Program-made: the position numbers and the translations under genes | Source of the DNA: Candidatus Omnitrophota bacterium | Lineage (GTDB): Bacteria; Omnitrophota; Gorgyraeia; Duberdicusellales; 4484-171 | Reading direction: 5' to 3' | DNA: 64,000 bases | Assembly (NCBI GenBank): GCA_043823745.1 | Contig: JBDRAN010000048.1 | Coordinates: forward strand, 896-64,895 | The notes under the pieces: generated by a model | What the model saw: the letters and a program-made list of their open reading frames with translations, nothing else | Told to the model about the DNA's origin: nothing | The model's database searches: none | In this document: positions 27,410-35,873 of the stretch, piece by piece | Numbering within the stretch: position 1 is the stretch's first letter | How the letters are laid out: each line of letters starts with the position of its first letter

Positions 27410-27766
27410 ATGAATGAAAAAAGAAAGTTTCCGAGACTCAATGTAACTGAGGTCATCGTTAATTTAAAAAAAGAGGAATTATCGGAGAAGGCTGCTCACA
27501 CAAAGAACATTTCTTGCGGTGGTGTCTGCTTGGCTATTGATGCAAGCGAGACCGTGGCTGTGGGCGATATCGTACGTCTTGAATTCCGGTTACCTAAAGG
27601 GGAAATTATCAATTCCAAAGGAAAGGTGGTCTGGACGGAATCATTCGATATAATATCTGAGAAGACTGAAACGCGTTCCGAAGCCGGAATCGAGTTTCTC
27701 GATATGAGCGGAAACGACAGGAGCGTAATCTCTCAATTTGTGATGAGCCGGTTGCCGGTGATCTAA
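27410..27766 (+). CDS. PilZ domain protein
   Basis: RKFPR (RxxxR) and NISCGG (NxSxxG) motifs. 118 aa. Confidence 0.5.
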   Translation: MNEKRKFPRLNVTEVIVNLKKEELSEKAAHTKNISCGGVCLAIDASETVAVGDIVRLEFRLPKGEIINSKGKVVWTESFDIISEKTETRSEAGIEFLDMSGNDRSVISQFVMSRLPVI

Positions 27767-28159
27767 CGCTATTGTCTGTAGTGGGGCTCGCGGAAAGTTC
27801 CGAGAAGGATCGTGAAATATTTTTTAGTAATTGCTCGGTGAGCACACCCGTAAGCTCGTTTGTCGTATCTTCATTTCTTTCCTTTCGGTAGCTGCCTATT
27901 ACCGAACGCCTCACGTCCCCTGAAGCACGGGATCACGAAATCTTCCTTTTTCGTATTGAGCATACGTATTGAATCGAATAAATCTTTTGATACAATAATG
28001 GTGCGGTAAGTCTGCCGCAAAAAGCCTTATCGTTCCTTTGGAGTGATTTCTAGTCCGTGCCCCGCGCTGTTTACGGATTTTATTTAGTAGTTTCATTAAA
28101 CATTGGGAGAATGCGGCGGACCTGAAATATATACCATCAAACCCAATATCAAGGAGCAT

Positions 28160-28654
28160 ATGAAAAGACTGTTACCATTATTTTTTCTTTTAAGCGCGTG
28201 TGGCTTTTTTATGGTTGTAACTTCTTTGAGGGTGCCGGCCCACGCAGCAATCATAAAGTGCGCTCACTGCAAGGGAACGGGGTTTGTAGGCGAGCGAAGA
28301 GAATGCACCAAGTGTGACGGCAAAGGCATGATTACATGCACGCGCTGCATAGGAGCCGGAGATACTCCTTGTAAGGCGTGTTCAGGGAAGGGATCCCAGA
28401 GGGCACAGTGTCTTGTCTGTAACGCAACGGGTACCCTGAATAATCAGCCGTGTGAGGCATGCGATGGGAAAGGCTGGATAACAAAGGCTTGTTCTTATTG
28501 CGGTGGGCTTGGAAAAGTGCGTTGTCCCCGATGTAACGGCAGAGGCCAGGAAACCTGTTCTCGATGTAGAGGTCGGGGCAAGAGAATGCTGCGTGTGCCC
28601 TGTAAAGTATGCGCCGGAAAAGGAAAGATCATACCTGAGAAAATTATTAAGTGA
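28160..28654 (+). CDS. lipoprotein with eight or more DnaJ-type CxxCxGxG zinc-finger repeats
   Basis: RBS aaggagcat before the ATG. Signal peptide with lipobox LSAC. Repeats include CAHCKGTG, CTKCDGKG, CTRCIGAG, CKACSGKG, CLVCNATG, CEACDGKG, CSYCGGLG, CPRCNGRG, CSRCRGRG and CKVCAGKG. Confidence 0.55.
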   Translation: MKRLLPLFFLLSACGFFMVVTSLRVPAHAAIIKCAHCKGTGFVGERRECTKCDGKGMITCTRCIGAGDTPCKACSGKGSQRAQCLVCNATGTLNNQPCEACDGKGWITKACSYCGGLGKVRCPRCNGRGQETCSRCRGRGKRMLRVPCKVCAGKGKIIPEKIIK

Positions 28655-28739
28655 ACGCAGTCCATGATCCGGGCGTTCACCGGGCACGAAAAAACCCGAT
28701 CGGGCGGCGATCAGGGTTACGGATCGCGGGAAGAAAACT

Positions 28740-29606
28740 GTGGATACCCATATTAAGAAGAATATCATTGAATCGTATCAGGTCGATGCCGGATTTATCG
28801 TGCATGACGCAGCCATGCTTTCCACGATATACAAGGCGCTTGGTATTGATCCGAAAAGTTCTCTCGACCCACGGATTTACGAGCTTGAGGGTATCACTCA
28901 TTTTTTCCAGCGCGGAGTGGAAGGGCTCTTTAAACGCATGGGGATTACTAAGGAGGATTATGTTCTAAGTTTCGGTGAGGGCGCCGGCGGGCCTTCGCGC
29001 CTGCTCACTAAAATAACCGGAGCACATGTTTTGGGGGTTGATGTTAATCCGAATCAGATCGCCAAAGCCCGGGAGCTGGCAGTTTTGCACGGCTTACGTG
29101 AGAAGCTAGCATATCATGAGCATAATGTGGAGGATTTTTCTTTCGATAAAAAAGATTTTACCAAAGCCTATGTCAATGAAACGTGTGGCCATTGGCAGGA
29201 AAAGGCGAAAGCCTTCGCTCGGATTTTTGACCATTGCGTTCCCGGCGCTACTCTCGGGTTTAACGCCTGGATTCGTGGTGATAAGGGAGACTTGAATGAC
29301 GCGTATGACCCGATCCCTGATTTTAGAGACCTCTATAAACGCTGGATATGGTTTCAGGATGATTTGCCTACCTATAAACAATTATTGACGGACGCGGGAT
29401 TTACGGTCCTTGAAATGTTTGATTGCACCGATAGGGTTGATATTAGAATGAGGGCGCGGCTGAAGGCCGATCGTCAGTGGCAGATTTACGAAGAAGCGCT
29501 CGGCCGGAGTGCCAAAGAAAGCGGTATTGCCTATTATACCGGGATGCTTAAGACGCACTTCGATTATTTGCGGTATGGAGTGATCATCGCACGGAAAAAC
29601 TCCTAA
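28740..29606 (+). CDS. class I SAM-dependent methyltransferase
   Basis: VLSFGEGAGGPSRLL motif I. GTG start. Confidence 0.45.
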   Translation: MDTHIKKNIIESYQVDAGFIVHDAAMLSTIYKALGIDPKSSLDPRIYELEGITHFFQRGVEGLFKRMGITKEDYVLSFGEGAGGPSRLLTKITGAHVLGVDVNPNQIAKARELAVLHGLREKLAYHEHNVEDFSFDKKDFTKAYVNETCGHWQEKAKAFARIFDHCVPGATLGFNAWIRGDKGDLNDAYDPIPDFRDLYKRWIWFQDDLPTYKQLLTDAGFTVLEMFDCTDRVDIRMRARLKADRQWQIYEEALGRSAKESGIAYYTGMLKTHFDYLRYGVIIARKNS

Positions 29607-29745
29607 AAAAGTTTACTTGTCCTGTGAGTATTCAATCGGCATTCTGTATTTCGAAACGTTGAAGTGCATTGTTATGAGTGTCTGAAAATTGGGATGCGGA
29701 TTGGCGCCCCACTTTCCTCAAGTGGGGTCTGTTATTACCACGGGC

Positions 29746-30891
29746 ATGAAAAAAGTATTGATACTGTTTTATATTCTTTGCGCTGTTTGTCTGCCGCAGA
29801 CAGCCGCGGCCGAAAAAGTCGTGGTGCCCCGTTATCTTTTCGTCTCCGTAATACAGGACCCGTCTGTTCTTTCAAGCCGTCAAGCCATTGAAGATTTGAT
29901 CGTGTTTGCTCAGAGAGCGGGGATTAAGATGCTTTTTGTGCAGGTATATCGGGCCAATCGGGCGTGGTTTCTTACGTCCATTGCCGATACAAAACCGTAT
30001 CAAGAATGTTATAAGAGCGTTTCAGGAGATCCATTCGCCCTGTTGATAAAAAAAGCTCATGCGGCGGGAATCGAAGTGCACGCCTGGGTAAACCTCTTAA
30101 CCTTAAGCACCAACGAAGAAGCGCCGATTCTTAAAAAGTACGGGACGACTGTTTTAACACGCAATAAGGTTGTCAAAACCAAACTTCAAGATTATAAAAT
30201 TGATAACCAGTATTTTTTAGAGCCGAGCGACCGGCGCGTACGTGCCGACCTTTCAACGCTTCTTGATGATCTTTTGAGGCGCTATCCGGAGCTTGATGGT
30301 GTGCAATTTGATTATATTCGCTATCCGGATACAAAACCTTTTTACGGCTATTCAAAGGATAATATAACGCGTTTTAAGAAAGTGACCGGTAAGCGTGTTG
30401 TTACGGAAGAGGATAAGGCATGGAAAGATTGGAAGCGCCACGAGGTGACTGAACTCTTGACTGCATTGGTCGCACGCGCGCGAAAGCTGAAACCCGGCAT
30501 TAAGATTTCAGCGACCGGATGTATGCCGTATACACGCGCGTATCATGAAGCGCTGCAGGACTGGCCTGGATGGCTTAACCATGGGCTCGTTGATTTTGTA
30601 ACGACTATGAGTTATTCGCCGGAGCCTGTGGAATTTGCGGCCTGGATTACTTATGTTAAAACAAAAGTCAGTGATTTTCGGAAGGTTATAATTGGCGTTG
30701 GCGCCTATAAGTTGCTACGTTCGCCGGAGGTTTTTCGCGAGGAGATTAAGATATGTGAAGGCCTTGGCGCGGGTGCATGCGCTATTTTTCATTATGGTAG
30801 CCTCCTTGAAGGTTCAGCGCTTTCCACAGTTTTAGTCCGTCCCGGACCCCCGGGAATAACGTTAAAGCGGACAAAAACTTTGCGTAGATAG
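29746..30891 (+). CDS. secreted glycoside-hydrolase-like protein (GHL10/DUF4015, YngK-like)
   Basis: Signal peptide, then the VHAWVNLLTLS and DGVQFDYIRYP motifs typical of DUF4015. Confidence 0.45.
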   Translation: MKKVLILFYILCAVCLPQTAAAEKVVVPRYLFVSVIQDPSVLSSRQAIEDLIVFAQRAGIKMLFVQVYRANRAWFLTSIADTKPYQECYKSVSGDPFALLIKKAHAAGIEVHAWVNLLTLSTNEEAPILKKYGTTVLTRNKVVKTKLQDYKIDNQYFLEPSDRRVRADLSTLLDDLLRRYPELDGVQFDYIRYPDTKPFYGYSKDNITRFKKVTGKRVVTEEDKAWKDWKRHEVTELLTALVARARKLKPGIKISATGCMPYTRAYHEALQDWPGWLNHGLVDFVTTMSYSPEPVEFAAWITYVKTKVSDFRKVIIGVGAYKLLRSPEVFREEIKICEGLGAGACAIFHYGSLLEGSALSTVLVRPGPPGITLKRTKTLRR

Positions 30892-31303
30892 TTTAAAATT
30901 GCGAATTGCCTGTAGGGTGTTGCTGCAGGGTCATTAAATAATCGTAGAGGTATTTGAATCGGTATTATGTGTTGCTGATAATGGAGGAGCTTGTGAGCTG
31001 GGTGTGTCCGCATCAGGCCGCCGGCAATGTTTGTCGCATGCGCAAGAAAATCTGTAAGCCTCTTGCTGCCGGCTGTGTGTTGGTCGGAAAATACACTTTT
31101 CTTGAAGCACCTGCTAAAAAGACTAAAAAAAACCGCTGTCCCGATAAATCCCGTTCCTAAGTATCTTTTATACTTCTTGCGTGCTGCGTTCTATGTGCTG
31201 TTTCTTGGCATACCCGCTTCCTGAGGTCTAAAATCTGTGATTTTCCCTGTAATAATCTTCGTCATCGTTCCCGAAGACCCGCAATCTTTTTTCTAAAAAA
31301 GTA

Positions 31304-31340
31304 TTGACAAAAGAATAATTGATACTATATTAGTATCAAT
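31304..31340 (+). promoter_or_regulatory. sigma70 promoter (TTGACA, 16 nt, TATATT) overlapped by a 21-bp perfect palindrome TTGATACTA-TAT-TAGTATCAA (putative Rrf2 operator)
   Basis: Directly upstream of the Rrf2 regulator gene. The palindrome half-sites are exact reverse complements. Confidence 0.55.
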
Positions 31341-31351
31341 TAGAAGTGGCT

Positions 31352-31783
31352 ATGAAATTACTAACCAAACATTCTGACTACGCGGTGCGCGCGTTACTTT
31401 TTCTGGCCAAGAACCAGGTGTATTCTTCTTCCCGGAAAATCGCGACCAAGCAAGGTATCCCGTATCAATTCTTGCGCAGGATTCTGCAGCAGCTTATCGC
31501 CGGGGGGCTGGTCGTCTCGCGCGGCGGAGGCCAAGGGGGATTTAAGCTTATCAAGAAGCCTGAGTCAGTGAGCGTTGTTGATGTTATTAAGATATTTCAG
31601 GGTGATGTGCAGTTTTCTCAGTGTATGTTTAGGCGCCAACTCTGCGCACATCGCGCAGCGTGTGTTTTGCGTCGTGAGATAAGCCGCATCGAGAAAATTG
31701 TCGATAACGAGTTTCGCAAAGTAACGCTTGCTAAGCTCTTGAGTGGTTTAACACCAGGCGCGAGAAAACTCGTAAGTTCATAG
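31352..31783 (+). CDS. Rrf2 family transcriptional regulator (NsrR/IscR-like, three Cys for an Fe-S cluster)
   Basis: MKLLTKHSDYAVRALLFLA HTH signature, and Cys residues in the C-terminal half (CMFRRQLCAHRAAC). Confidence 0.6.
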   Translation: MKLLTKHSDYAVRALLFLAKNQVYSSSRKIATKQGIPYQFLRRILQQLIAGGLVVSRGGGQGGFKLIKKPESVSVVDVIKIFQGDVQFSQCMFRRQLCAHRAACVLRREISRIEKIVDNEFRKVTLAKLLSGLTPGARKLVSS

Positions 31784-31940
31784 TTTATGGTTCATTGTTT
31801 ATGGAATAAGAATGAGGGATGAATGGCGAGGGACGACAGATTTTCGTATCTGCCTGATGGCGGCCGGAATTAACGTTTCCAATTAGCGGTCATTAGCGTT
31901 TTTGATTAGTGGTAATTCGCGTTTAAAAAAGGAGGTTTCT

Positions 31941-33227
31941 ATGTTTTGCTATCAATGTGAGCAGACGGCCGCAGGTACCGGATGCACAAAAATAGGCGTG
32001 TGCGGTAAAAACTCTGATATAAAGAGTCTGCAAGATACGCTTTTGTATGGTTTGGAAGGTATCGCCGCTTACGCTTACCATGCTCGGGAATTGGGAGGCA
32101 TTAGTACCGAGGTTGACGGATTTATGCACGAAGCGCTTTTTAAGACCGTAACCAATGTGAATTTTGATCTGGGGTCTTACGTCCAAGCTGTTCTTAAATG
32201 CGGCCAGATGAACTTAATAATTATGGAACTTCTCGATACGGTCCATACTCAGCATTTCGGTAACCCTGTCCCTACGGAAGTTGAAACGGGCACGCGCAAG
32301 GGGCCGGGGATACTGGTGACCGGGCACGATTTGCTTGACCTCTATGAATTACTTAAACAAACTGAAGGCACCGGTATCAATATTTATACGCACAGCGAAA
32401 TGCTTCCTGCGCATGGGTATCCGAAATTAAAGCAGTTTAAACACTTGGCCGGAAATTTCGGGGGCGCCTGGCAGGAGCAATATAAAGAATTTGCGGAGTT
32501 TCCCGGAGCGTTGCTTACGACGACTAATTGCGTTCTTATCCCACGCGCCAATACCTACCTTGACCGGTTGTTCACCGCAGGAGTTGCCGGCGTTACTGGG
32601 GCGGCACACATAGAAAACAGGGATTTTAGTCCCTTGATTGCCAAGGCAAAAACGTTGCCCCCGTTACCCGAAGGTAAGGGAAAAAAGATAATGACCGGGT
32701 TTCATCACACGGCGATTTTGAGCCTCGCGGATAAAATCGTTGATCTGGTCAATCGCGGTAAAATTCGACGCTTCTTTTTAATCGGCGGTTGCGACGGCGC
32801 AAAACCCGGAAGAAATTATTACACGGAATTTGCCGAGAAGGTTCCCGGTGATTGCATCATCCTGACGCTTGCCTGCGGCAAGTATCGTTTCAATAAACTT
32901 GATTTCGGCCAGATCGAGGGCGTACCGCGCCTCATCGATATTGGGCAGTGCAACAATGCTTACTCTGCTATCCAGGTTGCCCTGGCACTTGCTGGTGCGT
33001 TTAAGTGCGGGGTCAATGATTTGCCGCTTTCGTTTGTGCTTTCGTGGTTTGAGCAGAAGGCAGTGGCAATATTGTTGACCTTCCTTCATTTAGGTATCAA
33101 AGGAATCAGGCTTGGGCCGACCATGCCTGCGTTTATAACGCCGAATGTGCTGAAGGTGCTGCAGGATGCGTTTGATATTAAAGCAATCACAACCCCGGAA
33201 GCAGATTTGAAAGCGATTTTGGGTTGA
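31941..33227 (+). CDS. hcp: hybrid cluster protein / hydroxylamine reductase (short form)
   Basis: RBS aaaaggagg before the ATG. MFCYQCEQTAAGTGCTKIGVCGK N-terminal cubane-cluster motif. 428 aa; shorter than the roughly 550-aa proteobacterial Hcp. Confidence 0.6.
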   Translation: MFCYQCEQTAAGTGCTKIGVCGKNSDIKSLQDTLLYGLEGIAAYAYHARELGGISTEVDGFMHEALFKTVTNVNFDLGSYVQAVLKCGQMNLIIMELLDTVHTQHFGNPVPTEVETGTRKGPGILVTGHDLLDLYELLKQTEGTGINIYTHSEMLPAHGYPKLKQFKHLAGNFGGAWQEQYKEFAEFPGALLTTTNCVLIPRANTYLDRLFTAGVAGVTGAAHIENRDFSPLIAKAKTLPPLPEGKGKKIMTGFHHTAILSLADKIVDLVNRGKIRRFFLIGGCDGAKPGRNYYTEFAEKVPGDCIILTLACGKYRFNKLDFGQIEGVPRLIDIGQCNNAYSAIQVALALAGAFKCGVNDLPLSFVLSWFEQKAVAILLTFLHLGIKGIRLGPTMPAFITPNVLKVLQDAFDIKAITTPEADLKAILG

Positions 33228-33339
33228 TGATGGGGTAACGTATCATTGCGATTGTTATAGTGGTCGTTCGGTTACCAGAGGGTGGTCAGGATAATCTTAT
33301 TGCGGCCAGGCACTGCGTATCCGACAAGAGCTGGAAATA

Positions 33340-33669
33340 ATGCGAATTTGGGATATTGATCCAGGAAAGTTGTGCCGGAGCCATCTTCTGGGAGAGCATC
33401 GGGAGCTTCACGCGATTTGGACGATTCTCACAGAAGGAAAAAAAGGCTATAGCAGGCACCCTGAAACCTTGCGATGGAATAATAAGCTGAAAGCTCTCTA
33501 CCGAAGGCACGCAAAACTTGTCGCGGAAATGCAAAAGCGTTCGTTTCTGCACAAAAGCGAGCTTAACCGTGCCCACGCCACGGGTTCCGGCGTACAACGC
33601 GTGTATGTTGACCCCCTTATACGTCAAAAATCCCTTCTGCGATCCAAAAAATGTGCCTGCAAGGTTTAG
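33340..33669 (+). CDS. pyrimidine-dimer DNA glycosylase family (Pyr_excise-like) small protein
   Basis: MRIWDIDPGKLCRSHLLGEHRELHAIW...GYSRHPETLRW matches the MRLWSLHP...HLLxEHRE...GYxxHPE pattern of this family. Confidence 0.4.
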   Translation: MRIWDIDPGKLCRSHLLGEHRELHAIWTILTEGKKGYSRHPETLRWNNKLKALYRRHAKLVAEMQKRSFLHKSELNRAHATGSGVQRVYVDPLIRQKSLLRSKKCACKV

Positions 33670-33780
33670 ATTGACAAAGAGGCTCAATAATGGTATACTT
33701 TCTCACATTAAGTTGAGCTATCTTGCGGCTGCAAGTTCAGTAGTTACTTAACTTGCAGCTTTTTTATTTTCAGGAGGATT

Positions 33781-35364
33781 ATGGAAAAATTAGCTAAATT
33801 CAGAGCATTAGGGCTTTCGGAGCAGGTTTTACAAGCTTTGGAACGTAAAGGGTTTGAAGAACCTACCGAAATACAGGAAAAAGTTATCCCGTTGCTTTTA
33901 AAGAGCGAGGTTGACGTGGTTGGTCAAGCGCAGACGGGAACGGGTAAAACCGCTTCTTTTGGTCTTCCTCTCCTGGAACGTCTCAAGGAAGGGGGTCGCT
34001 TTGTCCAGGCGCTTATCTTGGTTCCGACGCGTGAACTTGCCTTGCAAGTTTCCGAGGAGATTAATTCATTAAAAGGCCACAAGAGATTGCAGGTTGTGGC
34101 GATTTACGGAGGCCAGTCCATAGAGCAGCAATTACGCCGTCTCAGAGAGGGGGTTGATATTGTCGTGGGAACGCCGGGAAGGATCATTGATCATATTGGC
34201 CGCGGCAGCCTGAAGCTTAAAAATGTTTCCTATGTGGTTTTAGATGAGGCCGATGAAATGCTTAATATGGGTTTTATCGAAGATGTGGAAGAAATCCTTA
34301 AACACACCGGTCGCGAAAAACGAATGCTTCTGTTTGGCGCAACCATGCCCGACCGAATACTTAACCTTGCCAAAACCTACATGCGCAATTATGAGGTTGT
34401 CAATGTGCACAAGTCCCAGCTCACTACTGATTTAACCGAGCAGATTTATTTTGAGGTTAACTCCGCTGATAAGTTTGAGGCCCTCTGCCGTATCATAGAC
34501 GTGGAGCATGAATTTTACGGTCTTGTGTTTTGCAGGACGAAAGTTGATGTGGATGAGATTTCACATCGGCTGATGGACCGGGGCTATGACGCTGAAGCGA
34601 TCCACGGAGACCTCTCGCAGTATCAGCGCGAAAAGATTCTCGAGAAGTTTAAGAAGAAACGGATCAATGTTCTTGTCGCGACGGATGTTGCCGCGCGGGG
34701 TATTGATATTGTTAGTTTGACTCATGTTATCAACTTCGCTCTGCCGCAGGACCCCGAATCCTACGTGCATAGAATTGGTCGAACCGGCCGCGCCGGCAAA
34801 GAAGGAACTGCTATAACCTTTGTGACCCCGCAGGAATACCGCCAGCTTACATTTATCAAGCGGGTTGCCAGAACCGATATCCGCAAGGAAAAATTACCCA
34901 ATATTGAAGATGTTATCGCGATCAAGAAAGAGCGGATTAAAAGTGATATTGCCGATATTATCAATGATGGTGGCGGCGATGAGTATATGACGTTTGCCTG
35001 CCAAATGCTTGAGGAGAATACCGCCGAGGATATTATTGCGGCGCTTCTTAAACATTCATATCAGGATGATCTTGACGCTCGTAATTACAACGAGATCAGG
35101 GAAGTTTCGATCGATAAAAAGGGGACGAGCCGCCTTTTTGTGGCGTTGGGCAAAATTGACGGTATGAGCCCGCAGAAACTGGTGCAGTTTATAAAACAAC
35201 GTTCGCGGGTTGAAGATCGTAAAATCCAGGATGTCAGAATTTTTGAGAATTACTCGTTTATTACCGTTCCCTTTGAAGAGGCAGAGATCATCCTTAATAT
35301 TTTTAAACAAGATAAGCGTGGCAAGCGGCCGATTATCGAGCGTGCGCGGGACAAGAAGGGTTAG
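33781..35364 (+). CDS. DEAD-box ATP-dependent RNA helicase with C-terminal DbpA-type RNA-binding domain (CshA/DeaD-like)
   Basis: Q-motif, AQTGTGKT, DEAD, SAT, HRIGRTGRAG, and a C-terminal RBD (LFVALGKIDGMSPQKLVQFI...). RBS ggagga upstream. Confidence 0.65.
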   Translation: MEKLAKFRALGLSEQVLQALERKGFEEPTEIQEKVIPLLLKSEVDVVGQAQTGTGKTASFGLPLLERLKEGGRFVQALILVPTRELALQVSEEINSLKGHKRLQVVAIYGGQSIEQQLRRLREGVDIVVGTPGRIIDHIGRGSLKLKNVSYVVLDEADEMLNMGFIEDVEEILKHTGREKRMLLFGATMPDRILNLAKTYMRNYEVVNVHKSQLTTDLTEQIYFEVNSADKFEALCRIIDVEHEFYGLVFCRTKVDVDEISHRLMDRGYDAEAIHGDLSQYQREKILEKFKKKRINVLVATDVAARGIDIVSLTHVINFALPQDPESYVHRIGRTGRAGKEGTAITFVTPQEYRQLTFIKRVARTDIRKEKLPNIEDVIAIKKERIKSDIADIINDGGGDEYMTFACQMLEENTAEDIIAALLKHSYQDDLDARNYNEIREVSIDKKGTSRLFVALGKIDGMSPQKLVQFIKQRSRVEDRKIQDVRIFENYSFITVPFEEAEIILNIFKQDKRGKRPIIERARDKKG

Positions 35365-35479
35365 TCTGTTGGTTGCCAATGTATTGCGCCTATAACTAGA
35401 AACATATTGATTTCATGTAATTCTTTACTATAATGCATTTTTTGTTTTCTGTGGGTCGATTCGTAGTAATAATAGTTCA

Positions 35480-35873
35480 TTTATCCGCAGTAGGTTAGTG
35501 TTAACACCCGACTGAATTGCACCCGGCGCTCATTGGAATTGCACCGGTGTCCGCCTTCTGGCGGAGAATTGCGCTGGTAGCGTATAAATCGCACACTCGC
35601 TATTCCTTTTAAGCGAGGTGTGTGCGTTTTCTGGTTATACCCGACGCTTAGGTACCTGGCGCTTAATACCCGACGTTCAAGGGTATTACGTCGGTATGCG
35701 CTTACTGCGCAAGGTATGGCGCCAGTATCGCCCTTCTGGGCAAGAATTGTGCCGGTAGCGTATAAAACGCACACTCGCTATTCCTTTTAAGCGAGGTGTG
35801 TGCGCTTTCTGGTTATACCCGACGCTTAAAGGAATTGCGTCGGTATAGCCCTTTCTGGGCAAGGAGGAATGAC
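35480..35873 (+). repeat. repeat-rich structured leader upstream of EF-G: two 85-nt direct repeats, each with a terminator-like hairpin, plus multiple TTCTGGGCAAG/GAATTGCGCCGGTA motifs
   Basis: Copies at 35567..35651 and 35744..35829 share cgcacactcgc-tattcctttta-agcgaggtgtgtgcg followed by ttttctgg. Hairpin acccgacgt...acgtcggt lies between them. Modules also occur at 58900..59070. Confidence 0.6.

Noticed and set aside
35481-35774. 97-aa minus-strand ORF inside the EF-G leader
   Set aside because: It lies entirely within direct repeats and hairpins, has no RBS, and has a GC-rich repeat-derived composition.
35796-35873. Upstream extension of the EF-G ORF (ORF-track start at 35796)
   Set aside because: The extension runs through the intergenic repeat element. 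The ATG at 35874 has a perfect AAGGAGG RBS and begins the conserved EF-G N-terminus.
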